A DNA stretch of 64,000 nt from a virus (Duplodnaviria; Caudoviricetes), in IMG/VR virus record IMGVR_UViG_3300048854_000113, positions 6,999 through 70,998 of that record; one strand, written 5' to 3'. Shown here piece after piece: positions 54,544 to 63,550 of this stretch. A program made the position numbers and the translations under genes. Position 1 is the first letter of the stretch. Every line of letters begins with the position of its first letter. The notes under the pieces were generated by a model, which was not told where the DNA came from, searched no databases, and saw only the letters and a program-made list of their open reading frames with translations.

Positions 54544-55563
54544 ATGTGCAAAGTGGGAAGCGAATCAAGGATCGAGTGGTGCGACCATACGTTCAATCCG
54601 TGGGAAGGCTGCCAGAAGGTCAGCCCCGGTTGCGATCACTGCTATGCCGAGGCGCGCAATGCGCGCTTTGGCGGCGGGGCCGCAGTCAACTGGGGACCTG
54701 GCGCGCCGCGACGCCGCACGTCGGCTGCAAATTGGCGTAAGCCGATCGCGTGGAACGCCTCGCACGCTGAGTTCCTCGCCGCGCACGGCCGACGCCAGCG
54801 AGTGTTTTGCTCGAGCCTGGCCGATGTGTTCGACAACGCTGTCGACCCTGCATGGCGCGCAGATTTGTTTGAAGTCATCGAGCGCACGCCGAATCTAGAT
54901 TGGCTGCTGCTTACTAAGCGCATCGGCAACGTCGACGCAATGATGATCGAAACGGGCAAACGGTTATTTTGGCTCGACCACATTGGTGACTGCTGGCTTC
55001 CGAGCAACGTCTGGCTGGGTGCAACGATTGTCAATCAAGAAGAAGCTGATCGCGACGTGCCGAAGCTGATCACCGTGCCGGTCACGAAGCACTTTTTGTC
55101 GATGGAGCCGCTGCTTGGTCCGGTCGATCTCTCCGCGGAGTGGCTCGCGCATCGAATGGGCGGCAAGTATCCGTTTCCAACGCTTCCCGACGAGTTCCGC
55201 ACCCGAATGATTCACCTCATCGACTGGGTGATTGTCGGTGGCGAATCGGGCCCCAACGCACGGCCGATGCATCCGGATTGGGCGCGCGATCTCCGTGATC
55301 AGTGTGCAGACGCCAGAGTGCCATTCCTCTTCAAGCAATGGGGCGAGTGGGCGCCAGGTGAAAACTGCGGCGGCCCGATGAAGCGTAGCGAGCGCGTTGC
55401 TGACTGGTGGGATGACGAGTGGGAGTTCAGCACGCTGACTCCAAGATCAGCAGTAGACATGCACATTGATGACGAGCCGACCGTCTACCGATGCGGAAGG
55501 AAAATTTCCGGCCGCGTACTCGACGGTGTGACGCACGACGGCTTTCCGGACTCGACGCTATGA
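54544..55563 (+). CDS. Phage Gp37/Gp68 (DUF5131) radical-SAM-like protein
   Basis: IEWCDHTFNPWEGCQKVSPGCDHCYA, VFCSSLADVFD, LLLTKR, FLSMEPLLG, WVIVGGESG, FLFKQWG. Confidence 0.93.
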   Translation: MCKVGSESRIEWCDHTFNPWEGCQKVSPGCDHCYAEARNARFGGGAAVNWGPGAPRRRTSAANWRKPIAWNASHAEFLAAHGRRQRVFCSSLADVFDNAVDPAWRADLFEVIERTPNLDWLLLTKRIGNVDAMMIETGKRLFWLDHIGDCWLPSNVWLGATIVNQEEADRDVPKLITVPVTKHFLSMEPLLGPVDLSAEWLAHRMGGKYPFPTLPDEFRTRMIHLIDWVIVGGESGPNARPMHPDWARDLRDQCADARVPFLFKQWGEWAPGENCGGPMKRSERVADWWDDEWEFSTLTPRSAVDMHIDDEPTVYRCGRKISGRVLDGVTHDGFPDSTL

Positions 55564-55574
55564 GCAATGCGTGC

Positions 55575-55778
55575 CTACGGTTTTTTCCATCCCACATGCG
55601 GTTTGCTCGCTTCCATAAAGCGCTGGTGATATCCGTCCAATTCTGCAGCGAGCTGACCAATCTTTTCATTGGTCAATGTGCCAGATTCGATATTGCTTTG
55701 AACCTCTGCGTGGAAGCGGTCAGTTGCTTCCTTCCATTCTTTATGCGCAGTTCGAAAGTCTTCGAATTTATCAGTCAT
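55575..55778 (-). CDS. Small helical protein moron
   Basis: Strong SD AAGGAG; antisense to the early operon. Confidence 0.65.
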   Translation of the reverse strand: MTDKFEDFRTAHKEWKEATDRFHAEVQSNIESGTLTNEKIGQLAAELDGYHQRFMEASKPHVGWKKP

Positions 55779-55813
55779 CGCAGTCTCCTTAATCGGTATG
55801 AGGCAATCCTAGC

Positions 55814-56164
55814 ATGAGCACTAGCCAACAACTCAAACAGCGCACGCGAGATCAGATCGCCGCCCAGATAGAGGCTTTGCTTCAGACGAGCGAACCGTTG
55901 ACGCGCACGCAGATCAAGACGGCCGTGCGCGCCGCGAGCGATACCGTGATTCCGATACTCGAGCGTATGCGGTTCGATGGCGTGCTCGGGTCGTTCGAGA
56001 CGAAAGGTCCGGTGCAGCGCGGTATTCGGCGCGATGAGCGCTGGTGTCTAGCCAGCAGACTGCCCAAACCTGAAATCAAACAGGACCGTTTCCGTGGCGC
56101 CGAGATCCTTGTCGGCTTCCAGCTCGCTGCGCGCGAGCAGCTGATGCAGGGGCAGCGGCTGTGA
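55814..56164 (+). CDS. Winged-HTH protein
   Basis: PLTRTQIKTAVRA...ILERMRFDG. Confidence 0.55.
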   Translation: MSTSQQLKQRTRDQIAAQIEALLQTSEPLTRTQIKTAVRAASDTVIPILERMRFDGVLGSFETKGPVQRGIRRDERWCLASRLPKPEIKQDRFRGAEILVGFQLAAREQLMQGQRL

Positions 56165-56808
56165 AGGAACGACCGATTCTCATGAATGGCGCGATGGTGC
56201 GCGCCACGCTGCGCCAAGTCGACCCGAAGACGCAGACGCGGCGCCTCCTTAAGCAAGCCATCGGACCCAGCCTAAGCGTGGACTGCCAAGACGGCATTGC
56301 GACGTTGTCGTGGCTGCATGGGGACGGTCCCGGCTATCCGGTGGAGGAAACGGTGATGCAGGTTGCGTGTCCATACGGCGTGCTCGGCGACCGGCTGTGG
56401 GTGCGCGAATCGTTTTGGGGTTGTGATGGCGCGGGCTGGGGGGATACGCCATGCGTTGTCTATGACGACGAATGGCACGGTAAGCACTACCAAGCCGCCG
56501 AGATCCGGCCATGGGCTCCGAAATTTGGGCGCATACCGTCCATCCACATGCCGCGCGCGTGCTCACGCATCACCCTCGAAGTCATCAGTGTGCGCGTCGA
56601 ACGACTACAGGGCATCAGCGAAGAGGATGCGCTCGCGGAAGGCGTTGAGCAGGATGCGCAGGGATTCCACATTGATGGCGGCCGTCACTTCCATGCGGCC
56701 AGTGCGCGCGAATCATATGCATCGCTGTGGGACAGCCTTAAGCCGCCGACCGGTTCGACGTGGGCAGATAACCCGTGGGTATGGGTTGTCAATTTCAAAC
56801 GCATATAG
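56161..56808 (+). CDS. ASCH/PUA-like protein, paralog 1
   Basis: MKERPILMNGAMVRA...KTQTRR...GDRLWVRE...PSIHMPRACSRITLE...ERLQ...NPWVWVV. Confidence 0.8.
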   Translation: MKERPILMNGAMVRATLRQVDPKTQTRRLLKQAIGPSLSVDCQDGIATLSWLHGDGPGYPVEETVMQVACPYGVLGDRLWVRESFWGCDGAGWGDTPCVVYDDEWHGKHYQAAEIRPWAPKFGRIPSIHMPRACSRITLEVISVRVERLQGISEEDALAEGVEQDAQGFHIDGGRHFHAASARESYASLWDSLKPPTGSTWADNPWVWVVNFKRI

Positions 56809-56820
56809 GCACTGGCCACG

Positions 56821-57102
56821 ATGAAACTTGACGAACTTATCCAGCGCGTAGGCGTTGACAACGTCGCTGTGCAAGTACTTCACGAATCGCTCACCGGCGC
56901 CAAGCAACGTCGCGGATACGTTGAAGTGTCCTTCGGCACCGATTGCGTCTCGATGCGGGACGTCGCCACAAATGAATGGGAGAACGTGGTGTTCATTGTC
57001 AGCATGAAGCGGGAAGTGTTCGAGGCAGCCCGCAACGCGGCCAAGTCTGCGTCGCCACAAACCATACAAAGCCATACACATATTGGGGATCGCCATGAAT
57101 AA
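56821..57102 (+). CDS. Hypothetical protein
   Basis: 93 aa, packed in the operon. Confidence 0.55.
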   Translation: MKLDELIQRVGVDNVAVQVLHESLTGAKQRRGYVEVSFGTDCVSMRDVATNEWENVVFIVSMKREVFEAARNAAKSASPQTIQSHTHIGDRHE

Positions 57103-58453
57103 CATTGCACCCGTCACCGAAGACTTTCAGAAGCGCGTGCAGCCTTGGATGATGGCCTGCTTTGGGGCCGCAATTGCCGCCGACAAAGTCGAGCGCAATC
57201 ATCGTTTCTTCGAAGAAGCTACAGAAGCTGTCCAGGCTAACGGCATGACTCGCAGCGAGGCGCACCAGTTGGTTGATTACACGTTCAATAGGCCGGTCGG
57301 CGAGCTGCATCAGGAGGTTGGCGGCGTGATGGTCACGCTGGCTGCGCTCTGCCTGGCAAGCGGCGAAGACATGCACGCGGCCGGCGAGACCGAACTGGCG
57401 CGCATCTGGACGAAGGTCGAACAGATCCGTGCAAAACAGGCGGCTAAACCGAAGCACTCGCCATTGCCGGCTGCTGCAACGCTCGACCTCGCCACCGCAA
57501 GCGAAACACTGCGTAATGCGGTTCTTGCGGGAAACACTCTAGCGATAGGAATGGTTATGGGACTGCGTTCGCTGGTCAAAAAATCGCACGTGCAAATCGC
57601 TACTGTGGACGCCGCGCCAAGTTTGCCGCACGACGCATGGAAAGCACCATTTGACGAGCGTCATCAGTTCGATGTCTACCCTGACCACTTCATGACCGGA
57701 ATGAAGAATGAATTCTGCGCGGGCTGGCATGCAGCACTGAAAACGGCGAGGGACAGTTCCAAAAGCGCGTCGGCGAGACGCTGGCTCTACCGCTATAAGT
57801 TGATCGACGACTGGACGGAATGGCGTGATTCTGATGGGCCGGAAGAGCCGACCGCAGACCAATATTGCGCACAGCCTCAATTCTTCGAAACGCGCGCCTG
57901 GTATCCCGCACCTGTCTCAGCGGCGCAACCCGTCCTTGATAGAGACCGCTACAAAGAAACCCGCGACAAGTGGAAGATCGTAGACGGTGATTGCCGTGAG
58001 GGAGCGAATGGGTTGATTACCTATCACGTCGACGCGTTTGACGAGGGCTATGGCGCCGGTGTGAAAGACACACGGGAACTGGCAGCAATGCTGCATGCCG
58101 ACGATATCAACGCCACGCGAAATAGCGAAGCCGCACAAGATGTGTTGGCCGAGCGTCGACGACAGGTCGCGACCGAAGGCTGGACACCGGAGCACGATGA
58201 CGAGCATGACGCTGGCGTTCTGGCCGCTGCAGCGAGCGCGTACGCGCTGTATGCGGCAGATGAATTGAATCCGCACTCACTTGGCGACGGTGACTACGGA
58301 CGTGCCGTTCCTGCCATGTGGCCTTTCAGTCAATCGTGGTGGAAGCCAGAAGATGACCGGAAAGCTTTGGTGAAGGCCGGAGCGCTGATCCTTGCCGAGA
58401 TCGAACGCTACGACCGTGCCGCGAGCGCGCCGAAGGGGGATGGGAATGACTGA
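57095..58453 (+). CDS. Mosaic protein: MazG-like N-terminal domain plus Ead/Ea22-type C-terminal domain
   Basis: ERNHRFFEEATEAVQ...ELHQEVGGV; VLAERRRQ..EGWTPEHDD...LVKAGALILAEIER. Confidence 0.65.
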   Translation: MNNIAPVTEDFQKRVQPWMMACFGAAIAADKVERNHRFFEEATEAVQANGMTRSEAHQLVDYTFNRPVGELHQEVGGVMVTLAALCLASGEDMHAAGETELARIWTKVEQIRAKQAAKPKHSPLPAAATLDLATASETLRNAVLAGNTLAIGMVMGLRSLVKKSHVQIATVDAAPSLPHDAWKAPFDERHQFDVYPDHFMTGMKNEFCAGWHAALKTARDSSKSASARRWLYRYKLIDDWTEWRDSDGPEEPTADQYCAQPQFFETRAWYPAPVSAAQPVLDRDRYKETRDKWKIVDGDCREGANGLITYHVDAFDEGYGAGVKDTRELAAMLHADDINATRNSEAAQDVLAERRRQVATEGWTPEHDDEHDAGVLAAAASAYALYAADELNPHSLGDGDYGRAVPAMWPFSQSWWKPEDDRKALVKAGALILAEIERYDRAASAPKGDGND

Positions 58454-58646
58454 GACGCCTGAAGAAAAAGCACGCCGCATCGGGGTGCCGCTTATACCAA
58501 GAAGCGCACCGCGCCGTGCGCCAGATGTTTATCCGCGTCCGTTAGCCGTGTGCGGCGAATGCGGGCTCTTGATTAGTGAAGGGTCAATGGGCTATGTCTG
58601 CCCACGATCCAATTGCCCAACGGGTTTTGGAGGCGCGTCATGTTGA
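58446..58646 (+). CDS. Small zinc-binding protein
   Basis: VCGECG...YVCPRSNCP. Confidence 0.6.
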   Translation: MTETPEEKARRIGVPLIPRSAPRRAPDVYPRPLAVCGECGLLISEGSMGYVCPRSNCPTGFGGASC

Positions 58647-59839
58647 CTGGCCGAGAACAATTTGAAGCAGCGTGGCATAAGGAATACCCGCTGCATAGCT
58701 CAACTGCGTTCACCCGTAGCGGGTTCGATGCAGAACGATATGCAAACACGCGAGTTCAAGATGGCTGGCTCATGTGGCAAGCCGCACGCGCCACGCCAGC
58801 GGACCAAGTCTGTTCCACGTGCAATGGCCACGGAATGATCGGCGGCCCGTCGTTTTACGCGCCAGACGAAGGCGGCGAGCCGTGTCCTGATTGCGCCACG
58901 CCAACGGACCAAGAGCCGGATTGGATAACCAGCCTTCGCAAGGAATTGATGCTGTCCAAGATGACGCACAACTTCACGTTCAGCCGTGATGAAGTCATCG
59001 AATTGCTTGGCGGAAAATTGAGCGTTCTGCCCACGCCAGCAGACCATTGCGTACCGGTGGCGCTCACCGCTTTGTTTAAAGAAGCGTTGTCTTGGGGTAT
59101 GAATTACGGCCCCTTATGGAAACCAGAAAAATGGCACATGCTTAGCGATCAGCAGGCTCAGCTGTTTGCCGAACGCGCCAGGCCAGCGAACCATAGCAAG
59201 TTGACCGTCTGGTACGGCTCAATGCCGGAAAGCAACGGCAAAACCAATTGGACCGCAATTCTGCATCGTGGCGACATCAGCGAAGGCATCACATTGGACC
59301 GATCAGAGCACCCCGACCGTGTGCGATATGAAGCCGATCGCGTTCGCTACCTGATCGGCGAGATCGACAAGAAGCCGTGCATCTTGGATTACGACGCAGA
59401 CAAGCACAGCGGTTATGTCGCGCCAGCAGAACATAGGGACCCGGTAGCGATGCCGGAAGGATGGAAGCTTGTGCCGACAGAGCCGACCGAAACAATGGTT
59501 GTGGATGGATTCGAATCGTGGCCGGCCCAATTTTTCAGCAGCGCAGAAGAGTGGGAAGCATTCGAGGCGATGAGCGGATGTCAAAAGGCCGCGCACAAGG
59601 CTCGACTCTGCTACCGCGCCATGCTTGCCGCCGCACCCCAAGCCCCGCAGAAGGATGCGGAGAGCGTGCGGGATGCGATTGTTGAAATGGCAGCAGAGAT
59701 TGCCACCGTCAAACGCTTCACCAAATTCAATATGAAGGGAGAGCGGGCGGGGACTAAGTGCACGTTGAACGTTTCATATGACTTGTTGGAGCAGCTAGAC
59801 GCAGCTTTGAAGTCAGTGCAGCCAGAGTTGCGTTCATGA
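58640..59839 (+). CDS. Mosaic Ead/Ea22-like protein
   Basis: REQFEAAW, CSTCNGHG...CPDC, PEGWKLVPTEPT, YRAMLAAAP modules. Confidence 0.65.
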   Translation: MLTGREQFEAAWHKEYPLHSSTAFTRSGFDAERYANTRVQDGWLMWQAARATPADQVCSTCNGHGMIGGPSFYAPDEGGEPCPDCATPTDQEPDWITSLRKELMLSKMTHNFTFSRDEVIELLGGKLSVLPTPADHCVPVALTALFKEALSWGMNYGPLWKPEKWHMLSDQQAQLFAERARPANHSKLTVWYGSMPESNGKTNWTAILHRGDISEGITLDRSEHPDRVRYEADRVRYLIGEIDKKPCILDYDADKHSGYVAPAEHRDPVAMPEGWKLVPTEPTETMVVDGFESWPAQFFSSAEEWEAFEAMSGCQKAAHKARLCYRAMLAAAPQAPQKDAESVRDAIVEMAAEIATVKRFTKFNMKGERAGTKCTLNVSYDLLEQLDAALKSVQPELRS

Positions 59840-60072
59840 GAGTGTTCGACATTGAAAGCGCCGATGCGCTCATCCGTGTGATCAACATGACGCCACCACT
59901 CGAAATCGAGTGCGCGATGTGCGACGCAGTCGGAGATTGGGTTGATGCCGTTCCGTATTACTGCGGACCGGTCGCCGAGGGCATGAGCGAAGGCGGCTAT
60001 CGCTGCGTATGCAAGCCTTGCCACGACCGGTGGGCACGCTGGAACGATTCGCTGATGTACTACGGGGCCTGA
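59836..60072 (+). CDS. Small zinc-binding protein
   Basis: CAMC...VCKPCHDRW. Confidence 0.55.
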   Translation: MRVFDIESADALIRVINMTPPLEIECAMCDAVGDWVDAVPYYCGPVAEGMSEGGYRCVCKPCHDRWARWNDSLMYYGA

Positions 60073-60074
60073 GA

Positions 60075-60725
60075 ATGAAAGAACTTCCGATTCAATTCAG
60101 CGGCGCGATGGTCCGGCCGCTGCTCGACGGTATTAAGACACAGACGCGTCGGGTCGTTACCCTTCCAAAATATTTTTCAAATTGCCACATTGAAGTAATC
60201 GATGGGGCACCTTTGGTAGTCAATACGCGCGAGCCGATAGCTCGCAGGGGCATTGGCTGCCCATATGGCGAACAAGGTGATTGCTTGTACGTGCGCGAGC
60301 GATGGGCAGCTGGCGCGTGCGCGGACAGTCTCGCTCCACGGGAGTTGCATCCGGCCACCTGGTTGCGCGACAACGGCGGCCTGTGGTTCGAAGCCGACGG
60401 CGCCGAGCCGACGCATGCAATTAGCCCACGCGGCAAGTGGCGGCAGGGCATGTTCATGCCCAAGTGGGCGTCGCGGATTAAGCTTGAGAACGTGCGCGTG
60501 CGCGTCGAGCGCGTTCAGGACATCAGCGAGGACGATGCGATCGCTGAGGGATTGACGCCCGCGATTGTGGCCGGCCAAACATTGTGGGAGTTGCCCAATG
60601 GCGCGAAAGTAGCGGATCCGCGTCGGGCTTATCGCGCGCTGTGGGAGAGCCTCAACGCCTCGCGCGGCTATGGTTGGGACGTCAACCCATATGTGTGGGT
60701 CGTGGAATTCAGGAAGGTCAAATAA
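60075..60725 (+). CDS. ASCH/PUA-like protein, paralog 2
   Basis: MKELPIQFSGAMVR...KTQTRR...GDCLYVRE...MFMPKWASRIKLE...NPYVWVVEF. Confidence 0.8.
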   Translation: MKELPIQFSGAMVRPLLDGIKTQTRRVVTLPKYFSNCHIEVIDGAPLVVNTREPIARRGIGCPYGEQGDCLYVRERWAAGACADSLAPRELHPATWLRDNGGLWFEADGAEPTHAISPRGKWRQGMFMPKWASRIKLENVRVRVERVQDISEDDAIAEGLTPAIVAGQTLWELPNGAKVADPRRAYRALWESLNASRGYGWDVNPYVWVVEFRKVK

Positions 60726-61114
60726 TGGCTGACGTCACTGGACCGATCAGCACGCTTCCTGGTGCGCTTCATAGCCCTCCAGACGGAGCCAGGTGCGATG
60801 ACCATCCAGAGCGGCCCGCGACGCGCCGTGTTCAAGGTGAGACTGACTCTTTCGGCAGCGAGCTCAACGACATGTGCGACGAATGCTACGCCGCATATAA
60901 GTCGGAGGTGGCGGCCACGGCCGTCGAGCGCGCCACCGGCACGTGCGATTGGTGTAAGCGGCCAGCGACCGATTTGCGACAGAAGCGCGACTTCGAAGAA
61001 GGTTCGTACGGCCGCCTATACGACGTTTGTCGCGCCTGCGTCATTGCGGAAAATAAGCGGCTTGATGAGGAACTCGAGAGATCCGGTTATTACGATGACA
61101 TGGGCGACGACTGA
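60725..61114 (+). CDS. Zinc-binding hypothetical protein
   Basis: CDDHP, ETDSFG, CDEC, CDWC, DVCRAC. Confidence 0.65.
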   Translation: MADVTGPISTLPGALHSPPDGARCDDHPERPATRRVQGETDSFGSELNDMCDECYAAYKSEVAATAVERATGTCDWCKRPATDLRQKRDFEEGSYGRLYDVCRACVIAENKRLDEELERSGYYDDMGDD

Positions 61115-61440
61115 TGAAGATCACCTTGAATGACAACGTCACTTTGCTCCCAGTCAAGCCCCGAAAGAACCTCGGCAAAGACCGTGTGCTGCTGGTCGAA
61201 CACGGCGGCTGCTCGCACTACATGTGCGGGTATGTGGTCGATGAAAAGGCCGCAGATGTCACTTGCAAAGGATGCGGCGCGAAACTGAACCCGATGTGGG
61301 TGCTGCAACAACTGTGTCACCAAGAGAATCGTTGGCACGAACTGCATGCGCGGTATCACGATGAACTTAAAAGGCTTGGCGAGCGCTCGAAGACGAAATG
61401 CGAGCACTGCAAGCAAATGACGAGGATCAGTCAGCGATGA
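61114..61440 (+). CDS. Zinc-binding hypothetical protein
   Basis: CSH...VTCKGCG...CEHC. Confidence 0.65.
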   Translation: MKITLNDNVTLLPVKPRKNLGKDRVLLVEHGGCSHYMCGYVVDEKAADVTCKGCGAKLNPMWVLQQLCHQENRWHELHARYHDELKRLGERSKTKCEHCKQMTRISQR

Positions 61441-61973
61441 AATACCTAGTCGATCAAGACATGGCCGGCGAGCGCGGCGCGGTGATCAGCGATTGCGAAG
61501 AATATCGGCAGCGGCTGTGGATGGAATGGGATCGTACGAAGCCGACGCTTGCTGTTCTCATGCTCAATCCGTCTCGCGCTACCCACCTGGTCGACGATCC
61601 GACATGGACCAGATGCTTGGGTCGCGCAGTCGCAGGGAAGTTTGGTCGCCTGGAGATCGCGAACCTCTTTCCGCTGCGTGCGACAGATCCGTCCGCGCTC
61701 CTGACCCATCCAGATCCGCTCGGGCCTGAACGAACCGCAGACGGCGCCGTGATGGACGCCGTCGAGCGCGCGTCGATGATTATCTGTGCATGGGGAACGC
61801 ACCCGATGGCGCCTGCCCGTGCGGCGCATCTGATGCATATCTTCGGAATCGTTGGCTGGCGAAACCGGCTTTATCACCTCGGGCTGAATAAAGACGGCAG
61901 CCCGAGGCATCCGCTTTACATTGCCGCAAGTACGCGGCCCAAACCTTTTATCTTCGAAGCATCGACGGCATGA
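61437..61973 (+). CDS. DUF1643 family protein
   Basis: AVISDCEEYR..L, MLNPSRA...DDPT, ANLFPLRATDP, ICAWG, PRHPLY. Confidence 0.9.
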   Translation: MKYLVDQDMAGERGAVISDCEEYRQRLWMEWDRTKPTLAVLMLNPSRATHLVDDPTWTRCLGRAVAGKFGRLEIANLFPLRATDPSALLTHPDPLGPERTADGAVMDAVERASMIICAWGTHPMAPARAAHLMHIFGIVGWRNRLYHLGLNKDGSPRHPLYIAASTRPKPFIFEASTA

Positions 61974-62025
61974 CAGAAGCAGCACAACGAATTTTGGAAA
62001 TTACGCGTAGAGACTGGAGCGTGAG

Positions 62026-62304
62026 ATGAGCGGCATGAAACCGTTTTATTTGGAATTGGAGAAGGTGGCCGAGGCCGTCTCGTTATCGATCGGAACAGTG
62101 CAAAAGCTGATCCGGGAGGGTAACTTTCCGGAACCGCGAGCGCTGTCCGGTCGCCGAGTCGGCTGGCTTGTTCGAGAGGTAGAGGAGTGGGCGGAAGCCA
62201 GGCCGGTTTCAAATCTCCCTCCGCCGCCGGATAGCGGCAAACGTCGACCGGTTACTCGAACGGAGGAGCAACAATCCCCTCAAGCGTCTTCGACAACCGC
62301 GTAA
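62026..62304 (+). CDS. xis: AlpA-family excisionase/recombination directionality factor
   Basis: LEKVAEAVSLSIGTVQKLIREGNFPEPRAL..RRVGWLVREVEEW. Confidence 0.88.
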   Translation: MSGMKPFYLELEKVAEAVSLSIGTVQKLIREGNFPEPRALSGRRVGWLVREVEEWAEARPVSNLPPPPDSGKRRPVTRTEEQQSPQASSTTA

Positions 62305-63508
62305 GCCATAAACGGCGTTCGCTGTCGTAGTGGTGCCGGTTGTAGACGCCGGCCACGCCTGGCAGGACGTGCCCAATGATCGCTTCGCCGACCTCGTGCG
62401 GGCATCCGATCGCAGCCAACTTCGTACGCATCGTCCGCCGCAGGTCGTGAGGTGCCCAGTTTGTAACCGGCAGCCGCTCCCGAATATGTTCAGGAGCCGT
62501 TTTGCAATAGGGCTGGAAGTAATAGATTCCTTGCTGGATCATCTTCTGGTTGCGGCTGCCTCCAGCTCGGCTCGGAAACAGACTGCGCTTCCCATACTTC
62601 TCCATTCGAGCACGGATCACTTTTTCAGCGCGGCCGACAAGTGGCACGCGAAGATCCGTCGCATCTGGAAGGTTAGCGTTCTTGGTCTTGTGCTTCGGTA
62701 CCGTCCACCAGAGCCCGTCGTTCTCTTCTGTAATCTCTGACCCTTCCATTGCAATAATTTCAGCGCCTCGGGTTCCAGTCCAGAGGTACAGGACGATGGC
62801 GTCTTGGAGCGTTTCACTGAAATTCGACAGCCACGCAAAGAGGGTATTGAGCTCGTCGTCGCTTAAGACCCTTTTCCCAGTGCGCTGTTTGCCGTCGACC
62901 TTCCGGCCAACCGATCGCAGTTTCCCCTTCATTACGAGACGCCACCAGTTCGCGCACTGATCGGGTAGACGTCCGGAGTCTAGGGCGTAGTCCCATGCGC
63001 CGCCCAGCGCTGAGCGCAAAGTCATGGCCAGCGACGGCGTGGATGAAACGGATTCCAGAACGGCGAACGCTTGCACCCGTGTGACAGATGCGGCAGGCAG
63101 GTCGGCGATGGCGGTCAGCTTGTTCTCAAAGAGCTGCCGAATGATCGTCGCGCCCTTGGGCTTGCGAGCGCGCTCCACATGCCCCTCGTAATAATCTCGG
63201 CAAAGGTCGCGCACGAGATAGTTGCTTGCGTCTTTGGGTGCTGGCTTTTTTCCTTTCTTCTCCAGCGCCGGATCCGTGCCGTCGGCGCGGGCGGTCCGCA
63301 TTTTTTCCCACGCTGAGATGGCGGCGGCCTGAGACACTGCGGGCCATTCGCCCAGCTTCACCTGTTTCATACGGCCATCGGCAGATTTATAGCGATAGGT
63401 CCACGAGCGCTTTGACTCGGTAGCCTGCAATCGCAACCCGGGGAAGCCGTCTAAAGTAATATGCTCGCCAGGCTTCATCAGCTTGGCTTTTCTCGCGTCG
63501 AATCGCAT
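62252..63508 (-). CDS. int: Tyrosine integrase with N-terminal arm-binding domain
   Basis: GLRL...SWTYRY arm domain; TGTR, KTKN, HDLRR, GH, GVYN catalytic set. Confidence 0.96.
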   Translation of the reverse strand: MRFDARKAKLMKPGEHITLDGFPGLRLQATESKRSWTYRYKSADGRMKQVKLGEWPAVSQAAAISAWEKMRTARADGTDPALEKKGKKPAPKDASNYLVRDLCRDYYEGHVERARKPKGATIIRQLFENKLTAIADLPAASVTRVQAFAVLESVSSTPSLAMTLRSALGGAWDYALDSGRLPDQCANWWRLVMKGKLRSVGRKVDGKQRTGKRVLSDDELNTLFAWLSNFSETLQDAIVLYLWTGTRGAEIIAMEGSEITEENDGLWWTVPKHKTKNANLPDATDLRVPLVGRAEKVIRARMEKYGKRSLFPSRAGGSRNQKMIQQGIYYFQPYCKTAPEHIRERLPVTNWAPHDLRRTMRTKLAAIGCPHEVGEAIIGHVLPGVAGVYNRHHYDSERRLWLTRLSKTLEGIVAPPFE

Positions 63509-63550
63509 CGGTCTGGTCTAGGTCTTACCGACTTGATAACGATTTAAGTC

